The position numbers and the translations under genes are program-made. Positions 50,263-61,884 of a DNA stretch of 64,000 nt are shown here, piece after piece. The stretch lies in assembly GCA_963760795.1 (NCBI GenBank), contig CAVXEP010000029.1, positions 482,271 to 546,270 on the forward strand, written 5' to 3'. A model generated the notes under the pieces. The model ran no database searches, was not told where the DNA came from, and saw only the letters and a list, made by a program, of their open reading frames with translations. Source of the stretch: an uncultured delta proteobacterium (GTDB taxonomy: Bacteria; Desulfobacterota; Binatia; UBA9968). Within the stretch, counting starts at the first letter, position 1. Each line of letters begins with the position of its first letter.

Positions 50263-51550
50263 TCACAGACCGCCGACGAAGCGGCCGGGATTGAGCAGGC
50301 CCGCCGGATCGAATTCCTGCTTGATTTTCCCCATGAGCGCATGGGCGGGTGTTGCCGGACCCCAGACATCGATGGCTTGCTTCAACTTTGCCGGCGCGGT
50401 GAAGATTACGGCGTGACCACTGCTGCTGTTGGGTTAACGTGATTAGGCGCGGAAACAAATCAAGCGCCGATTGATCCGCCGGCAAAACTATCCAGATCGT
50501 TCCCATAGCCATATCGGCGCAGATCGTCGGTGCCGGTTCACCTTTTATCCAGTCGGCAATTGTCGAGATCGTTGGCATGACCGCGCCGCGCGAGACCGTG
50601 AGGCGATAGACCAGGCGATCTTGGCTGACCGGTAGGTCGGCGATCGCTTGCCAGTATTGCCGTGGTTTATCACCATCGACGATTTCTTGAGTCATGCCAA
50701 GTCGCTGCGCCAGCTCGCCCAGATCGTTGACTTGGCGCGTAACGGTCTCGGCAAAGCCGGCGAAACTAACCGCCAGTTGCCACGGGGCCGCTTCACCAGC
50801 GTTGACCAAGAAGGTCGAGGTCGGGAGCAATTTCGTGCCGGCCAATTGACCGGCTAGATCCGCTGCTTGCGCTCGTGAGCCGATGGCGATGACGGTTGCG
50901 GAATGAGCGGGGATTGGCGCCACTCGCAAGGTTACTTCGGCGATGATTGCCAAAGTGCCGAGCGAACCGGTGAAGAGTTTGCACATGTCATAGCCGGCGA
51001 CGTTTTTGACGACTTTGCCGCCGGCCTTGACGATCTCGCCTGACGCGAGGACCACTTTCATGCCGATGACCAGGTCGCGCACGCTGCCGTAACTTGCGCG
51101 CCGCGGCCCGTTCAGATTGGCCGCGACGATGCCGCCGATGGTCGAGCGCTCTGGTAACGGTGGATCGAAGGGAACGAACTGCTGTTTCGCAGCGATGACG
51201 TTTTGCAGCGCGTTGAGGATAATGCCGCTTTGCACAGTCACCGTGAGATTGGCGGGATCATGTTCGATGACTTGATTGAGCCGAGCGGTTTTTATGACCA
51301 CATCGAGGGAGCGCGGCGGATTGCCCAAACTCATCGCCGTGCCACCACCCCAGGGCGCGATGGTTGCTTGGGCTTCTGCAAAAATCCTCACAGCAGCGGC
51401 TAACTGTTCCACGGTGGCAGGCGTGCAGATCAACTTCGGTGTGACGCTGTCGACGTCGTGTTCTGCGAGCAGAGTGTTCCCAACCATGATCGAGTCGCCA
51501 TCGAGGCTCGCCGACAGCCGCTGGGCAAGCTGGCCCACGGAAATCTTCAT
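50263..51550 (-). CDS. glcE: Glycolate oxidase FAD-binding subunit (frameshift near 50415)
   Basis: STIGGIVAAN, GGKVVKNVAGYDM-x-KL, GSLGTL; true C-terminus FDPAGLLNPGRFVGGL lies in another frame. Confidence 0.82.
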
Positions 51551-52851
51551 GGCTTTGCCGGCGCCTCGCCGTAGGCGCGGTCGAGCAGATCCATCAAATG
51601 ATACACCGGTAGGTTCGGTCCGTAGTGTTGCCCGCCGTAGCGCAGTTGGAGCATGCAGCCGGGATTGGGCGCGACCACCGCGTCGGCATTGGCCGCGCCG
51701 ACGGCCTGCATTTTTTCCTTAAGAAGCTGTTGCGACATGCTGGCGTGGGTGAGGTTATAAATGCCGGCGCTGCCGCAGCAGCGGTCGCTGCCGTCCATTT
51801 CAACTAATTGCAGTCCGGGGATCGCTTGCAATAGCTCACGCGGTTGGCGGCGAATCTTTTGGCCGTGGGCGAGGTGGCAAGGGTCTTGGTAGGTGACGGT
51901 CAGGTTTACCGGCTGCAATGCGCCGACCAGACCGAGCCCGGCGAGAAACTCGCCGGCGTCTTTGACCAGGGCGGTGAAGCGCTTGGCCTTTTCCGCATAG
52001 TCAGGATCGTCACGCAACAGAAAGTCATACTCCTTCATGGCCGCGCCGCAGCCGGCGGCGTTGACGACAATGGCATCGACGCCGGCTTCTAGAAACGCGT
52101 CGATATTACGCCGCGCCATCTGCTTAGCCACTGCTTGTTCGCCGTTGTGAATGTTCAAGGCGCCGCAGCAGACTTGTTGCTCGGGAAATATTACATCGCA
52201 GCCGCTGCGCCGCAGCACCCGTACCGTGGCTTCGTTCACGTCGCCGAAGAGCAGCGGCATGACGCAGCCATTGAGCATGGCGACGCCGGCGCGGCGCGGG
52301 CCGATAGCGGGCAGGATGGTCGCCGCCGGCTGAAAAAACTTGGACGGGATTGCCGGCAGCATGGCATCCATAGCGCGCAGCCTTTCCGGCATGAACAGCC
52401 GGAGAAGTTTTTGTAGACCGGTGCGCTGGTACAGGCGCAAAAGCGTGAACGCCAGTTTTAACCTTGCGGCGTGGGGCAGTATCTGCGTGAAGACGAAGTT
52501 CAATAGCGCTTTGGCTGCCGGCGACCCCGGCGGGCCGATATGTTCGCGGGCGGTTTCGGCGATACGGCCATATTGCACGCCGGAGGGACAAGCGGACTCG
52601 CAGGCGCGGCAGAGCAGACAAAGTTGCAGATGCTCTTTGAAGCGATCGGTCAACTCGATGCGCCCGTCGGCGGCAGCTTTGACCAGATGGATTCTGCCGC
52701 GCGGCGATTCCGCCTCGAGACGAGTGACGCGGTAGGTGGGACACTGGTTCAAACACAAACCGCAGTGAACGCATTGGTAGAGTTCGCCAAGATCGAGAGT
52801 GGCGATTCGCGGTTTGTTCCCGCTATCGGGGGTGTGATGGGTATGTTCCAA
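51547..52851 (-). CDS. glcF: Glycolate oxidase iron-sulfur subunit
   Basis: CVHCGLCLNQCP, ESPRGRI, CLLCRACESACPSGV, two CCG domains. Confidence 0.88.
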   Translation of the reverse strand: MEHTHHTPDSGNKPRIATLDLGELYQCVHCGLCLNQCPTYRVTRLEAESPRGRIHLVKAAADGRIELTDRFKEHLQLCLLCRACESACPSGVQYGRIAETAREHIGPPGSPAAKALLNFVFTQILPHAARLKLAFTLLRLYQRTGLQKLLRLFMPERLRAMDAMLPAIPSKFFQPAATILPAIGPRRAGVAMLNGCVMPLLFGDVNEATVRVLRRSGCDVIFPEQQVCCGALNIHNGEQAVAKQMARRNIDAFLEAGVDAIVVNAAGCGAAMKEYDFLLRDDPDYAEKAKRFTALVKDAGEFLAGLGLVGALQPVNLTVTYQDPCHLAHGQKIRRQPRELLQAIPGLQLVEMDGSDRCCGSAGIYNLTHASMSQQLLKEKMQAVGAANADAVVAPNPGCMLQLRYGGQHYGPNLPVYHLMDLLDRAYGEAPAKP

Positions 52852-52951
52852 GTGCGCCCTTTGATTGTTTCGCGTTTCGAGTTTCGGGTTGGAGAGGGCG
52901 AGTTCCGAGTTATCCCGAAATAAGTAACCTAAAACTCGAAACGTTTATTCG

Positions 52952-54388
52952 TCAGATCCACAACCCCGCCGGAATCTTTGCCGGTTCTAACCGCACTTCG
53001 CCGCAACTGGCCGGGGTTGGAAACAGTTTCGCCGGATTGAAGCGGCCGTCGGGGTCGAAAGCGTGACGCACGCGGGTCATGGCCGCGAGATCGGTGTCAT
53101 TGAACAGCAAGCCGATGTAGGCTTTTTTTTCCATGCCGACGCCATGTTCGCCGGTGATGCTGCCGCCCAGGTCGACGCAGGCGCGCAGGGTCGCCGCGCC
53201 GGCTTCGATGACGCGCTCCAACTCGCCGGGTTTGCGCATGTCGAACAAAATATTCGGGTGCAGATTACCGTCGCCGGCATGAAATACGTTGGCGATGGTT
53301 AAGTTGAATTCCTTACTGATCGCCGCGACGCGGCGCATCATCTCGGGTAACTGGCTGCGCGGCACGACGCCGTCTTGGACGTAATAATTGGGCGCCAATG
53401 TGCCCATGGCGCCGAAGGCGCCTTTGCGGCCTTTCCATAACAGCTGCCGTTGGGCTTCATCCTTGGCGACACGCACCTCGCGGGCGCCGTTGCGTTGGCA
53501 AACCTCGCGAGCGAGATGTATCGACAGTTCGGTATGTTCGCTCAACCCTTCGACTTCGACGATCAGCACCGCCGCGGCGTCGCGTGGAAAGCCCACCGGG
53601 GCGCCGCGCTCGACCGCCTCGATGGCGGTGTGATCCATGATTTCCAGCGCCGCCGGAATAATTCCTTCGGAGGTAATATCGACGACGGTGTTGGTGGCAA
53701 AGTCCATGTCGTCGAAGATCGCGAGCAGGGTACGCACAGACTCGCGGGCCGGCATGAGCTTGACGGCGATTTTCGTGACGATGCCCATGGTGCCTTCGGA
53801 GCCGACGAAAACACCGCAGAGATCGTATCCCGGCGTGTCGGGAACTTCGCCGCCCAGCCAGACGATTTCACCATCGTCCAGGACGACTTCGACGCCCAAT
53901 ACATGATTGGTGGTGACGCCATAAGCCAGCGTGTGCGGCCCGCCGGAATTATTCGCGACGTTGCCGCCGATGGAACAGGCGGCCTGGCTGCTCGGATCGG
54001 GGGCGTAGAAAAAGCCGTCCTTGGCGACGGTTTTGGTGACATCGAGGTTGATGACGCCGGGTTCGACTGTGGCGAGACGATTCACCAGATCGATTTTCAG
54101 GATGCGATCGCAACGGGTGAGCGACAAAACGATGCCGCCTTCGGCCGGCACCGCGCCGCCGGCTAGGCCAGTGCCTGAGCCGCGCGGGACGATCGGCACA
54201 TTGGCGCGCTGCGCCGCTTTGACCACCAATGAAACTTCCTCGACGTTCGCCGGCACGACGACGATCTCCGGCATCACCTGGAAGATCGAACCGTCCTGCT
54301 CGTAGACAATGACATCTTCTCTCTCGATTAGAACGTATTGCGCGCCGACGATGGCGCGTAGTTCGCCAATTAGATGCTCATGGGTCAC
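52952..54388 (-). CDS. glcD: Glycolate oxidase subunit
   Basis: PRGSGTGLAGG, YAPDPSSQ, GSEGTMG, HAGDGNLHP, GEHGVG. Confidence 0.88.
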   Translation of the reverse strand: MTHEHLIGELRAIVGAQYVLIEREDVIVYEQDGSIFQVMPEIVVVPANVEEVSLVVKAAQRANVPIVPRGSGTGLAGGAVPAEGGIVLSLTRCDRILKIDLVNRLATVEPGVINLDVTKTVAKDGFFYAPDPSSQAACSIGGNVANNSGGPHTLAYGVTTNHVLGVEVVLDDGEIVWLGGEVPDTPGYDLCGVFVGSEGTMGIVTKIAVKLMPARESVRTLLAIFDDMDFATNTVVDITSEGIIPAALEIMDHTAIEAVERGAPVGFPRDAAAVLIVEVEGLSEHTELSIHLAREVCQRNGAREVRVAKDEAQRQLLWKGRKGAFGAMGTLAPNYYVQDGVVPRSQLPEMMRRVAAISKEFNLTIANVFHAGDGNLHPNILFDMRKPGELERVIEAGAATLRACVDLGGSITGEHGVGMEKKAYIGLLFNDTDLAAMTRVRHAFDPDGRFNPAKLFPTPASCGEVRLEPAKIPAGLWI

Positions 54389-54455
54389 GGCCAGGAGCGT
54401 AGCGGAGTGGAGAAGTATGTGTCAACCTGCCGGGCGAAGACGGTAGGGGCTGACA

Positions 54456-54484
54456 TTGACGCCAATTGACGAAGTGTATATAAG
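54456..54484 (+). promoter_or_regulatory. Sigma70-type promoter for the TRAP operon with an ATTGACG direct repeat
   Basis: TTGACG-N17-TATAAG; ATTGACG at 54455 and 54465. Confidence 0.5.
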
Positions 54485-54524
54485 CGGAAAGCTAATCCGC
54501 ACAAATATCGTGGGAGGGAATCAC

Positions 54525-55697
54525 ATGACTGAAGAGATCGCTGAGAAGCTAGAAACCCCGAAGGTGTCGCGGCGCAACGTTTTGAAGGCCGCAATCGCCG
54601 CCGGTGGCGCGGCGGTGCTGGGCTTTCCCAACATCGTCAAATCCCAGGGTGTGACCTCGATGCGTTGGCAGAGCACTTGGCCGGCAAAGGACATCTTTCA
54701 CGAGTACGCCAATGACTTCGCCAAGAAGATCAACGACATGACCGGTGGCGAATTGAAAATTGAAGTATTACCCGCCGGCGCCGTGGTGCCGGCCTTCGGT
54801 CTGCTCGACGCAGTTTCGAAGGGGACTCTCGACGGCGGCCACGGCGTGCTCGTCTATCATTATGGCAAACAGACGGCGCTGGCGTTATGGGGTTCAGGTC
54901 CGGCGTTTGGCATGGATGCCAACATGCTGCTCTCGTGGCACAAGTATGGTGGCGGCAGGGAGCTGCTCACCAAGCTTTACGCTTCCATCGGCGCCAATGT
55001 CGTATCCTTCCCTTACGGGCCGATGCCGACGCAGCCCCTCGGTTGGTTTAAGAAACCGATTCAGAAGGCGGATGACTTCAAGGGTCTCAAATTCCGCACT
55101 GTCGGTATCTCTATTGACGTGTTTACCGGCATGGGCGCGGCGGTAAACGCTTTGCCGGGCGGCGAAATCGTCCCGGCGATGGACCGTGGCCTGCTCGATG
55201 CCGCCGAGTTCAACAATGCCTCCTCCGACCGCATCCTTGGCTTTCCCGATGTCTCCAAAGTCTGCATGCTGCAAAGCTATCACCAGAACGCCGAGCAGTT
55301 TGAGATCATGTTCAACAAGACGAAATACGATGCTTTGCCGGCGAAGATGAAGTCGACTATCGAGTACGCTGTCGAGGCGTCCTCGCAGGATATGTCGTGG
55401 AAGGCGATCGATCGCTATTCGAAAGATTACATGGAAATGCAGACTAAGGACAAAGTCAGGTTCTACAAAACGCCGGATACGCTGCTGCAGGGACAACTCA
55501 ACGCCTACGACGCGGCGGCGGCGAAGAAATCGGCTGACAATCCATTGTTCAAGGAGATCGCCGAGTCGCAGCGCCAATTCGCCGAGCGCGCGGTCAAATG
55601 GGATCTCGACACCAACGTGCAGCGGCGCATGGCGTACAATCATTACTTCGCCAAGGCGGCTGCCAGACCCGCGGCCCCTGCGGCTAAGAAAGGTTAA
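54525..55697 (+). CDS. dctP: TRAP substrate-binding protein, Tat-exported, TakP-like
   Basis: SRRNVLK Tat motif, WQSTWP, LPAGAVVPAF, GWFKKPI, GLKFR, RGLLDAAEF. Confidence 0.85.
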   Translation: MTEEIAEKLETPKVSRRNVLKAAIAAGGAAVLGFPNIVKSQGVTSMRWQSTWPAKDIFHEYANDFAKKINDMTGGELKIEVLPAGAVVPAFGLLDAVSKGTLDGGHGVLVYHYGKQTALALWGSGPAFGMDANMLLSWHKYGGGRELLTKLYASIGANVVSFPYGPMPTQPLGWFKKPIQKADDFKGLKFRTVGISIDVFTGMGAAVNALPGGEIVPAMDRGLLDAAEFNNASSDRILGFPDVSKVCMLQSYHQNAEQFEIMFNKTKYDALPAKMKSTIEYAVEASSQDMSWKAIDRYSKDYMEMQTKDKVRFYKTPDTLLQGQLNAYDAAAAKKSADNPLFKEIAESQRQFAERAVKWDLDTNVQRRMAYNHYFAKAAARPAAPAAKKG

Positions 55698-55724
55698 TCG
55701 CACCGCGCAGTTTTGCTTTATCGC

Positions 55725-55759
55725 CAGCCATCCGGGATCGACCGGATGGCTGTTTTTTT
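55725..55759 (+). terminator. Intrinsic terminator between dctP and dctQ
   Basis: CAGCCATCCGG-gatcga-CCGGATGGCTG perfect 11 bp stem followed by T7. Confidence 0.8.
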
Positions 55760-55768
55760 ATCCCCCCC

Positions 55769-56455
55769 ATGAAAGCTCAATCGCTGCTGCGCATCGTCGA
55801 TCAAATCAGCTACTGGGTCGGCAAGACCTTTGCTTGGTTGATCGTTGCGGCGACGTTCGTAATCGCCGTGGAAGTTTTCAAGCGCTATATCTTGAATGCG
55901 CCGACCGCTTGGATCTACGACTTGAACAACATGCTCTACGGCACGCTGTTCATGATGTGCGGCGCTTATACGCTGGCGCTCGCTGGTCATGTGCGCGCCG
56001 ATTTCGTTTATATATACCTCAAGCCGCGCAGGCAGGCGGCCCTCGACCTGGCTTTATACCTGCTGTTCTTCGTCCCGGGCATCCTCGCGCTGATCTACGC
56101 CGGATACGGCTATGCCGCCGAATCGTGGCGCATCGGCGAGCACTCGACCGTCACCGCGGATGGTCCGCCCATCTATCATTTTAAGTCGGTGATCCCGGTC
56201 GCCGGCGCGCTGGTGATGCTCCAAGGACTGGCCGAAATCGTCCGCTGTGTCGTCTGTATCCGCACCGGCGCTTGGCCGGCCCGGCTGGACGATGTGGAAG
56301 AGATCGACGTCATAGAAACTCAGCTCGCCCATAGCGAATTCATCGACGAAGAGTCACGACTGGCGACCATGAAGTCGGCCCATGCCATCGACGACGCGGC
56401 GCGCCATCGCAGCGCAGTGAGCGTCACTGACGCCGAGGAAGAAAAGAAGCCATGA
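55769..56455 (+). CDS. dctQ: TRAP small permease
   Basis: Four TM helices, EVFKRYILNAPT, GHVRADF. Confidence 0.85.
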   Translation: MKAQSLLRIVDQISYWVGKTFAWLIVAATFVIAVEVFKRYILNAPTAWIYDLNNMLYGTLFMMCGAYTLALAGHVRADFVYIYLKPRRQAALDLALYLLFFVPGILALIYAGYGYAAESWRIGEHSTVTADGPPIYHFKSVIPVAGALVMLQGLAEIVRCVVCIRTGAWPARLDDVEEIDVIETQLAHSEFIDEESRLATMKSAHAIDDAARHRSAVSVTDAEEEKKP

Positions 56456-58543
56456 GCGATCCGATCCTCGGCTTGACCATGCTCGGCCTCATCGTCGGCG
56501 CGATCATGATGGGCTTCCCTACCGCGTTCACACTCATGGGCCTTGGGATGATTTTTGGCGCCTTGGCCTTCTGGGAGCCGAGCCAACACTGGTGGCAGAA
56601 CCGAATATTTGACCTGATGGTCCAACGTACCTACGGCGTCATGGTCAATGACACGCTGCTGTCGGTGCCGTTGTTTGTTTTTATGGGTTACGTCATGGAG
56701 CGAGCCGCGTTGGTCGACCGGATGTTTCACAGCGTCCAGTTGGCATTTCGCCGCGTGCCGGCGTCGCTCGCGGTTACTACATTACTCGTTTGTGCCTTCT
56801 GGGGCATCGCTTCCGGCATCGTCGGCGCGGTCGTCGTCTTGATGGGCGTCATCGCCATGCGGCCGATGCTCAATGCCGGCTACGATGTGCGCTTGGCGGC
56901 CGGCGCGATTACCGCCGGCGGCACGCTCGGTATTCTCATTCCCCCGTCGGTGATGTTGATCGTTTATGCCGCCGTTGCCGGCCAGTCGATTGTCAAACTC
57001 TACGCCGCGGCGATGCTCCCGGGATTCTTTTTGACCTTTCTCTATCTCGTCTACATTCTTGGTTGGGCGATCGTCGATCCCAAGATCGCGCCCAAACTGC
57101 CGCCCGACCAGTATCGCCTAAAAGTGCCGGATTGGCTCCAGCGCCTCGAACATGGCCCGTCGAAACGGGTGTTTGGCAATCTCATAACCTTGCTGGTACG
57201 GCCGGGGTTGCTGCGAGACGCCAAGACGGCAGACGGAAAACCTCTTGGCTATGGTCATATTGTCAATAACTTTGTCGCGTTGATGGTGCCGCTGGCGCTC
57301 ATGTTGGGAATCTTCACTGGTACCTGGTGGTATGTGGTTATTCATAACGCGCCGGCAGCAGCGGCGGTCGCCAAATCCCAAATGGCAGCGGAAGTCCAAT
57401 CGCCCGCGCAATCGGCACCAGCGCCGGGGGAGAAACCGCAAGCGCTTGCCAGCTCTACCGATAAGCCGCAAGAATTGACTAGAGTCGAAGAGCAGGCCAC
57501 GGAATTGGGCCAGGCGGAAACCACAGTGCAACCGACCGAACCGTCCACTCCGGCGGATGGTCCGCCGCAAGAAATGGGCAGTCTTGCAGAGTCGTCGGCC
57601 GCCGCAGCCGCGGGCCAGGTGCCGGGGAATTTTTACCCATGGTTTTGGAGTTTTGCTCTGTTTTCGGCGCTCTTGTTGGCGTTGTATTACCGGCGCATGG
57701 ACGGCGAACAGTTCGAGATCCTCAAAGAACTGGCCGTTTCAGTGGTTCCCTTGGGCGTGCTTACGATCGTCGTGCTGGCCGTGATTCTCCTGGGTATCTG
57801 CACCGCCACCGAGTCGGCGGGTGTGGGCGCCTTGGGCGCGCTCTTTTTGGCCGTGCTGGTGAAATATCCACGGACTTGCGGCTGGTGGAGCTTGGCCGGG
57901 GGCGTTATTGGCGTCGCACTCGGCATTCCCCGCGGCGACATCCCCGCGCTCGTCGTTTCGAGTTCGCTCGGTGCGGTTTTTCTCGGCACCGTGGCACCGC
58001 TGGCGCATTACTTGCCGAAGTCTAGCGAGCTGCGCCGTAATCTTCAGGAAGCGGTATTTCTTACCGCCAAGACCACGGCGATGGTCTGTTGGCTATTTAT
58101 CGGCTCGGCGCTGTTCTCCAGCGTGTTCGCCTTGCACGGCGGCCAAGGCTTGATCGAACGCTGGGTGCTCGGCATGAATCTCTCGCCACTCGGTTTTCTG
58201 TTCGTCTCTCAAATGATTATCTTCCTGCTCGGCTGGCCGCTGGAGTGGACCGAGATCATCGTTATTTTTTGTCCGATATTTATACCGTTACTCAGCCATT
58301 TTAATGTCGACCCGATTCTTTTCGGCACCATGGTCGCGGTCAATCTGCAGGCAGCATTTTTATCGCCGCCGGTGGCTATGTCGGCTTTTTACTTGAAAGG
58401 CGTGTCGCCCAAGCCATGTCACGCTCAATCAAATATTTGCTGGCATGATGCCGTATATGCTGATCGTCGTTCTCTGTCTCATTTGCATGTACGCCTGGCC
58501 GGGTATGACCTTGTGGCTGCCGGAGTTCTTATACGGAAACTAA
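56452..58543 (+). CDS. dctM: TRAP large permease with internal insertions (frameshift near 58415)
   Basis: VPLFVFMG, GGTLGILIPPS, TATES, FLSPPVAM; true end LPEFLYGN* at 58543. Confidence 0.85.
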
Positions 58544-58615
58544 AGAGTTCAAATCGTTCAAGACGTACAAACAGTTCAGAACGTCCGATCGGACCGAACC
58601 CAATGTGCTGATGTC

Positions 58616-59963
58616 ATGGATTTATCTGATCTTCATCTACTCTCGGCGTCGGAAGCCGCGCGGCTGATTCGCGACGGTGTGATCAATTCGGAGCAGCTGG
58701 TCGAAGCTTGCTTGACGCATATCCATGCCGTCGATGACAACGTTCAAGCTTGGGCATTTCTCGATCCGGAATACGCGCTGACGCAAGCGCGCGCGCTCGA
58801 TCAACATCGCCTCGAAGGTAAGCCGACGGGACCGCTGCACGGCGTTCCGATTGCCATCAAGGATATTTTCGACACGGCCGACATGCCGACGGAGTACGGT
58901 TCGCCGATTCACGCTGGGCGCACGCCGTCGCGCGATGCCACCGCCGTGGCTTTGCTGCGTGGAGCTGGGGCGGTGATCATGGGCAAAGCGGTGACGACCG
59001 AGTTTGCCTTTCTAAACCCTGGGAAAACCCGCAACCCGCACAACCGAGAGCATACGCCTGGCGGTTCGTCGAGCGGTTCGGCGGCGGCGGTGGCGGCGCA
59101 TATGGTGCCGCTCGCCATCGGCAGCCAGACCGCCGGATCGACAATCCGCCCGGCGGCCTACTGCGGCGTCGTCGGTTTCAAGCCCACTCATGGTTTGATT
59201 TCGCGTCATCGAGTTTCGCCGCTGTCGCGAACGCTCGATCATGTCGGGCTTGTTCGCCCGCACCATTGACGACATCGCATTGCTCGCCGAGCAGTTGGTC
59301 GCCTACGATGAAAACGATCCCGACACCCGGCCGCGGGCGCGGATTCCGTTCTCCACTATTTCCGCCGAAGAGCCGCCGTTGGCGCCGATGTTCGCTTTTA
59401 TCAAGACGCCCATGTGGCAACGGAGCGATGATGAAACTAGAGAAGGGTTCGCCGAGATCGTCGAGCAGTTGGGCGCCCAAGTGGAAGAAGTAGAACTGTT
59501 CCCGTCGGCCCATGAGGGATGGCAATGGCACCAGACGATCATGGGCGCCGAGGTTGCCCATAACTTCGAACGAGAATGGCAAAACAGCCGGGCGCTGCTA
59601 TCCGAACAACTGCGCGCGCAGATCGAGCGCGGCCGTGAAGTGCGCGCGGTGGATTACCAACGGGCGCTCAAACAGATCGCGCCGATGCACGACAGTTTCG
59701 TCGAGCTTTTCGAGCAGCGCTACGACGCGATCCTGACGCCGGCGGCGCCGAGCGCCGCGCCGAGGGGGCTTACGTCCACCGGCGATCCATCGTTTTGCAC
59801 CTTGTGGACGCTGTGCGGCATGCCTTGTATCACCTTACCTTTATTGCAGAGCGCCGACGGCCTGCCCATTGGCGTGCAACTGGTCGGGCCGCGCGGCGGT
59901 GATGCGCGGCTTCTGCGCACGGCGAGGTGGCTGGCGGCGAAGGTCGCGAGTGATCCTCGCTAA
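58616..59963 (+). CDS. Amidase signature family enzyme (frameshift near 59255)
   Basis: GPLHGVPIAIKD, PGGSSSGSAAAVA, GSQTAGSTIRPA; C-half GLPIGVQLVG. Confidence 0.88.
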
Positions 59964-60027
59964 CGCGAGGAATTTCACATGCCAAATTTCACATCTCAGA
60001 ATCCGGCCCAACAGCCAGCAAAGCTGG

Positions 60028-61305
60028 TTACCAGTTTACCAGATTGACCAGTGCCAGGCTGATCCACGGGACATAGGTCACGAGCAGTGTGACCAATGCT
60101 AGCACGAGCGTGAACGGCCAGCCGGCCATGAAGACTTCCCAGAAAGGCAAACGCGCGATGGTGGCGACGGTAAAGAGCACGGTGGCGACCGGCGGAGTCT
60201 GCTGGCCGACGCCGAGGTTGATGGTTACGATGATGCCGAAGTGAATCGGGTCGACGCCGATCTGGCGGATGAGCGGCATCACGATCGGGACGATCAGGAT
60301 AATCGCCGCCGCTGAGTGGAGAAACATACCAGCGATGAAAAAGAAAAAATTCAGGAAGAGCAGGATCAGGTATTTGTTCGAGGTTGTTTCAAGGATCATG
60401 CGCGCGAATTTTTGCGGGATCTGCTCGCTGGTGAGATACCAGCCGAGCACGGCGGAGGAAGCGACGATGAGCATGACCACGGCGGTCTGGCCCGTCGAAT
60501 CCCGCACGACGCGATGATCTCGCGCGCCGGTAGCTCGCGGTAGATGATAGCGCCGATGAGCAACGCCGCGATCACTGCCAGGGCTGCGACCTCGGTGGCG
60601 GTGGCGATGCCGAGAAAGATTCCGCCCCAGATCACCAGCGGAATGGAAAGCGCCCAGAAAGCGTGCAGCGTGGAGATGCCCACTTGACGCAAAGAAAAAT
60701 TCTTGTTCCACCGGTAAATTTAATTTGCGCGCGTAATAGTAGCTCAGCGCCATCATGCAGCCGCAGGCGATGGCGCCGGGCAAGAAGCCCGCGAAAAATA
60801 GTTTGGCGACGGAGACCTCGGCCATCCAGGCGTAGATGATCATCGGGATGGAAGGAGGAATCAGGATCGCCGCCGAGGCCGCGTTGGACACGATGGCGGC
60901 GCTCAACGCACGGGGATAGCCGCGCTTCTCCATGGCCGGGATGACGACGTTGCCGATGGCGGCCGCATCGGCGACCGATGAGCCGGAGATCTCGCTCTGG
61001 ATCATCGTCGCCACCACCGTCACCATGGCGAGCCCGCCGCGGATGAATCCCACCAGACTATTGGCCAGGTTCACCAGACGCAGCGAGATCCCCGAAGTCT
61101 CCATCAGGCCGCCGGCCAAAATAAAAAGCGGAATCGCCAGCAGCGGAAAACTCGACGCGCCGGAGAACAGATTCAACGGCACCACGCTGAGCGACGCGCT
61201 ACCCTTCCAGAGCAGAAAGATGACGGTCGTGATCGACAGGGCGAATCCGATGGGGACCCTGATGAGGGTTAAAAGAATGATTATTCCGAGGATGAGCCAC
61301 TCCAC
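60028..61305 (-). CDS. dctM: TRAP large permease (compensating frameshifts about 60510-60690)
   Basis: LLAIPLFILAG, SGSSVADAA, LIPPSI, TPPV; TATEVAA lies in the alternative frame. Confidence 0.85.
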   Translation of the reverse strand: MEWLILGIIILLTLIRVPIGFALSITTVIFLLWKGSASLSVVPLNLFSGASSFPLLAIPLFILAGGLMETSGISLRLVNLANSLVGFIRGGLAMVTVVATMIQSEISGSSVADAAAIGNVVIPAMEKRGYPRALSAAIVSNAASAAILIPPSIPMIIYAWMAEVSVAKLFFAGFLPGAIACGCMMALSYYYARKLNLPVEQEFFFASSGHLHAARFLGAFHSAGDLGRNLSRHRHRHRGRSPGSDRGVAHRRYHLPRATGARDHRVVRDSTGQTAVVMLIVASSAVLGWYLTSEQIPQKFARMILETTSNKYLILLFLNFFFFIAGMFLHSAAAIILIVPIVMPLIRQIGVDPIHFGIIVTINLGVGQQTPPVATVLFTVATIARLPFWEVFMAGWPFTLVLALVTLLVTYVPWISLALVNLVNW

Positions 61306-61796
61306 GCCGCATCAGCTCCTTTCCGGCTGCCAATGCCGAAGATAAGATGCAGCAGACGCTGGACGCTGATCACGAGCATGACGCCGCCGGTGATCGGCAA
61401 CACGCTGTAGACCCAGCCCATTTTTACCCAGGCGAGTGAAACCGCGGTCTCGTCGCCCATCTTCTGCGTGAGCCGCCAGCCGTAGTAAAAGAGCACGACT
61501 TGGAATCCCAAAACGAAAAGCTCGGCGATCGCCTCGACCATCCTTTTTGTGTTCCGCATAAACCGGTCCACGATCATCTCGAATGCGATATGGCGCCCGT
61601 GATAGCTGGCGACGATGGCGCCGTAGAAGGTCAACCAGACCAGCAGGTAGGAAGCGAACTCATCGTACCAGGCGAGCGACGAGCCGAGCGCGTAGCGAAA
61701 AAAAATCCCCAGGCAAACCAGGACGACCATGAGCACGAGCAGGAACATCGCCCACCACTCGACTAGATCAATGAACCGGCGGAAGATTCGCTCCAT
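61281..61796 (-). CDS. dctQ: TRAP small permease
   Basis: FRYALGSSLAWYDE, WLTFYG, four TM helices. Confidence 0.85.
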   Translation of the reverse strand: MERIFRRFIDLVEWWAMFLLVLMVVLVCLGIFFRYALGSSLAWYDEFASYLLVWLTFYGAIVASYHGRHIAFEMIVDRFMRNTKRMVEAIAELFVLGFQVVLFYYGWRLTQKMGDETAVSLAWVKMGWVYSVLPITGGVMLVISVQRLLHLIFGIGSRKGADAAWSGSSSE

Positions 61797-61884
61797 GTCT
61801 CTCGCTTTGCTGAGAATTTCAAATGGCAGATCGCAAATCTCCGATGCGAAATATGAAATGTGTAAGTCATGAGATTCGCGAAGG

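Noticed and set aside
49547-51550. 667 aa extended GlcE fusion
   Set aside because: Artefact of a frameshift near 50415 reading through a repeat and antisense to the DoxX gene
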